Shown here piece by piece: positions 63,450 through 64,000 of a stretch of DNA of 64,000 bases. The notes beneath the pieces are model-generated. The model was given only the letters and a program-made list of their open reading frames with translations. It had not been told where the DNA came from and ran no database searches. Position 1 is the first letter of the stretch. Every line of letters begins with the position of its first letter. Made by a program: the position numbers and the translations under genes. Source of the stretch: a virus; IMG/VR virus record IMGVR_UViG_3300018432_000004, positions 8,156 through 72,155 of that record. One strand, 5' to 3'.

Positions 63450-64000
63450 GCGTCCTCGTCTTCGATCTGTGCCGCGGCGTGGGCGGATGGGAGGCCGCAG
63501 CCGACGACCTCGACCTGCGCACGATCGGGTTCGACATCGACGCCGACGCGTGTGCGACGTCGCGCGCCGCCGGCCTGCACAGCGTCCAGGACGACATCGC
63601 CCGCCTCGTGCCCGCGATCGTCGCCCTCGTCTACGGGCAGCCCGAGGGCATCATCGGCTCGCCGCCGTGCCAGCTATTCAGCGCGGCCGGGAAGGGCACC
63701 GGGCGGCAGATCATGGAGGAGCTGTACCGCGCCGTCGTGGACGCCGCGCGAGGCGCTACGGACGTCGAGATGGCCCGCCACCGCCGCGAGCTGCGGCGGC
63801 TGCTGCTCGCCTACCTCCGCGAGACCGAGGGCTACAAGCGGTCGCGCTCGTCGAAGCGCGCCCGCCGCAACGGGCGGCCGATCGGCCGCGAGTCGACGCC
63901 GATCCGGCGCGGCGAGCTTCGCGCGGAAGCCGACCGCATGGCCCGCAACGTGTCGCTCGTCTGGCAGCCCGCCCGCTGGGTCGCGGCGCTGCGCCCCCGC
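63446..64000 (+). CDS. C5-cytosine DNA methyltransferase (3'-truncated by window)
   Basis: FDLCRGVGGW motif I, GFDID..AC, GSPPCQLFSAAGK motif IV. Confidence 0.85.
   Translation, partial: MSVLVFDLCRGVGGWEAAADDLDLRTIGFDIDADACATSRAAGLHSVQDDIARLVPAIVALVYGQPEGIIGSPPCQLFSAAGKGTGRQIMEELYRAVVDAARGATDVEMARHRRELRRLLLAYLRETEGYKRSRSSKRARRNGRPIGRESTPIRRGELRAEADRMARNVSLVWQPARWVAALRPR

Larger units (their letters stand above)
1..64000 (+). mobile_element. Part of a tailed dsDNA phage (or prophage) genome with a contractile tail; probable actinobacterial host
   Basis: Sheath, tube, tape measure, baseplate J, endolysins, terminase, portal and MuF-like genes; unidirectional + strand coding; no host housekeeping operon seen. 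Confidence 0.95.

Overview
The whole 64 kb reads as part of a very GC-rich tailed dsDNA phage genome. Essentially all credible genes are on the + strand and many are translationally coupled (ATGA/GTGA overlaps). Order: neck and contractile-tail module with PBSX/Xkd-like gene order (0.3-16.6 kb; sheath, tube, frameshifted chaperone, tape measure, baseplate, fibre); two-endolysin lysis cassette (16.7-18.4 kb); recombination/replication genes (Bet-like annealase, Cas4-like exonuclease, initiator with an internal origin-like repeat cluster, RuvC-like resolvase); a membrane-protein cluster; Ku; three DNA methyltransferases; a HerA-like ATPase; small and large terminase; portal; MuF-like protein; a large modular head-associated protein; a second fibre-like gene; and an mIHF/HNH/UDG-like/RNase H-like/C5-MTase operon running off the right edge. 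No major capsid protein, prohead protease, integrase, tRNA or CRISPR array was recognised, so the genome extends beyond the window. TANNNT promoters, leaderless starts, mIHF and an Rpf-like gene point to an actinobacterial host, probably Thermoleophilia (inference). Main observations: (1) a promoter/operator/leader motif repeated at 7 near-identical and 3 variant sites, plus a candidate ~100-nt structured RNA carrying the exact antisense of that shared leader; (2) L-[VIT]-E-A motifs punctuating the portal and the 890-aa head protein like protease cleavage sites; (3) two unrelated endolysins sharing one unrecognised C-terminal domain; (4) a phage-encoded mIHF. All family calls come from motif recognition by eye, not database searches. 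Many starts were moved downstream of the supplied ORF-track starts.
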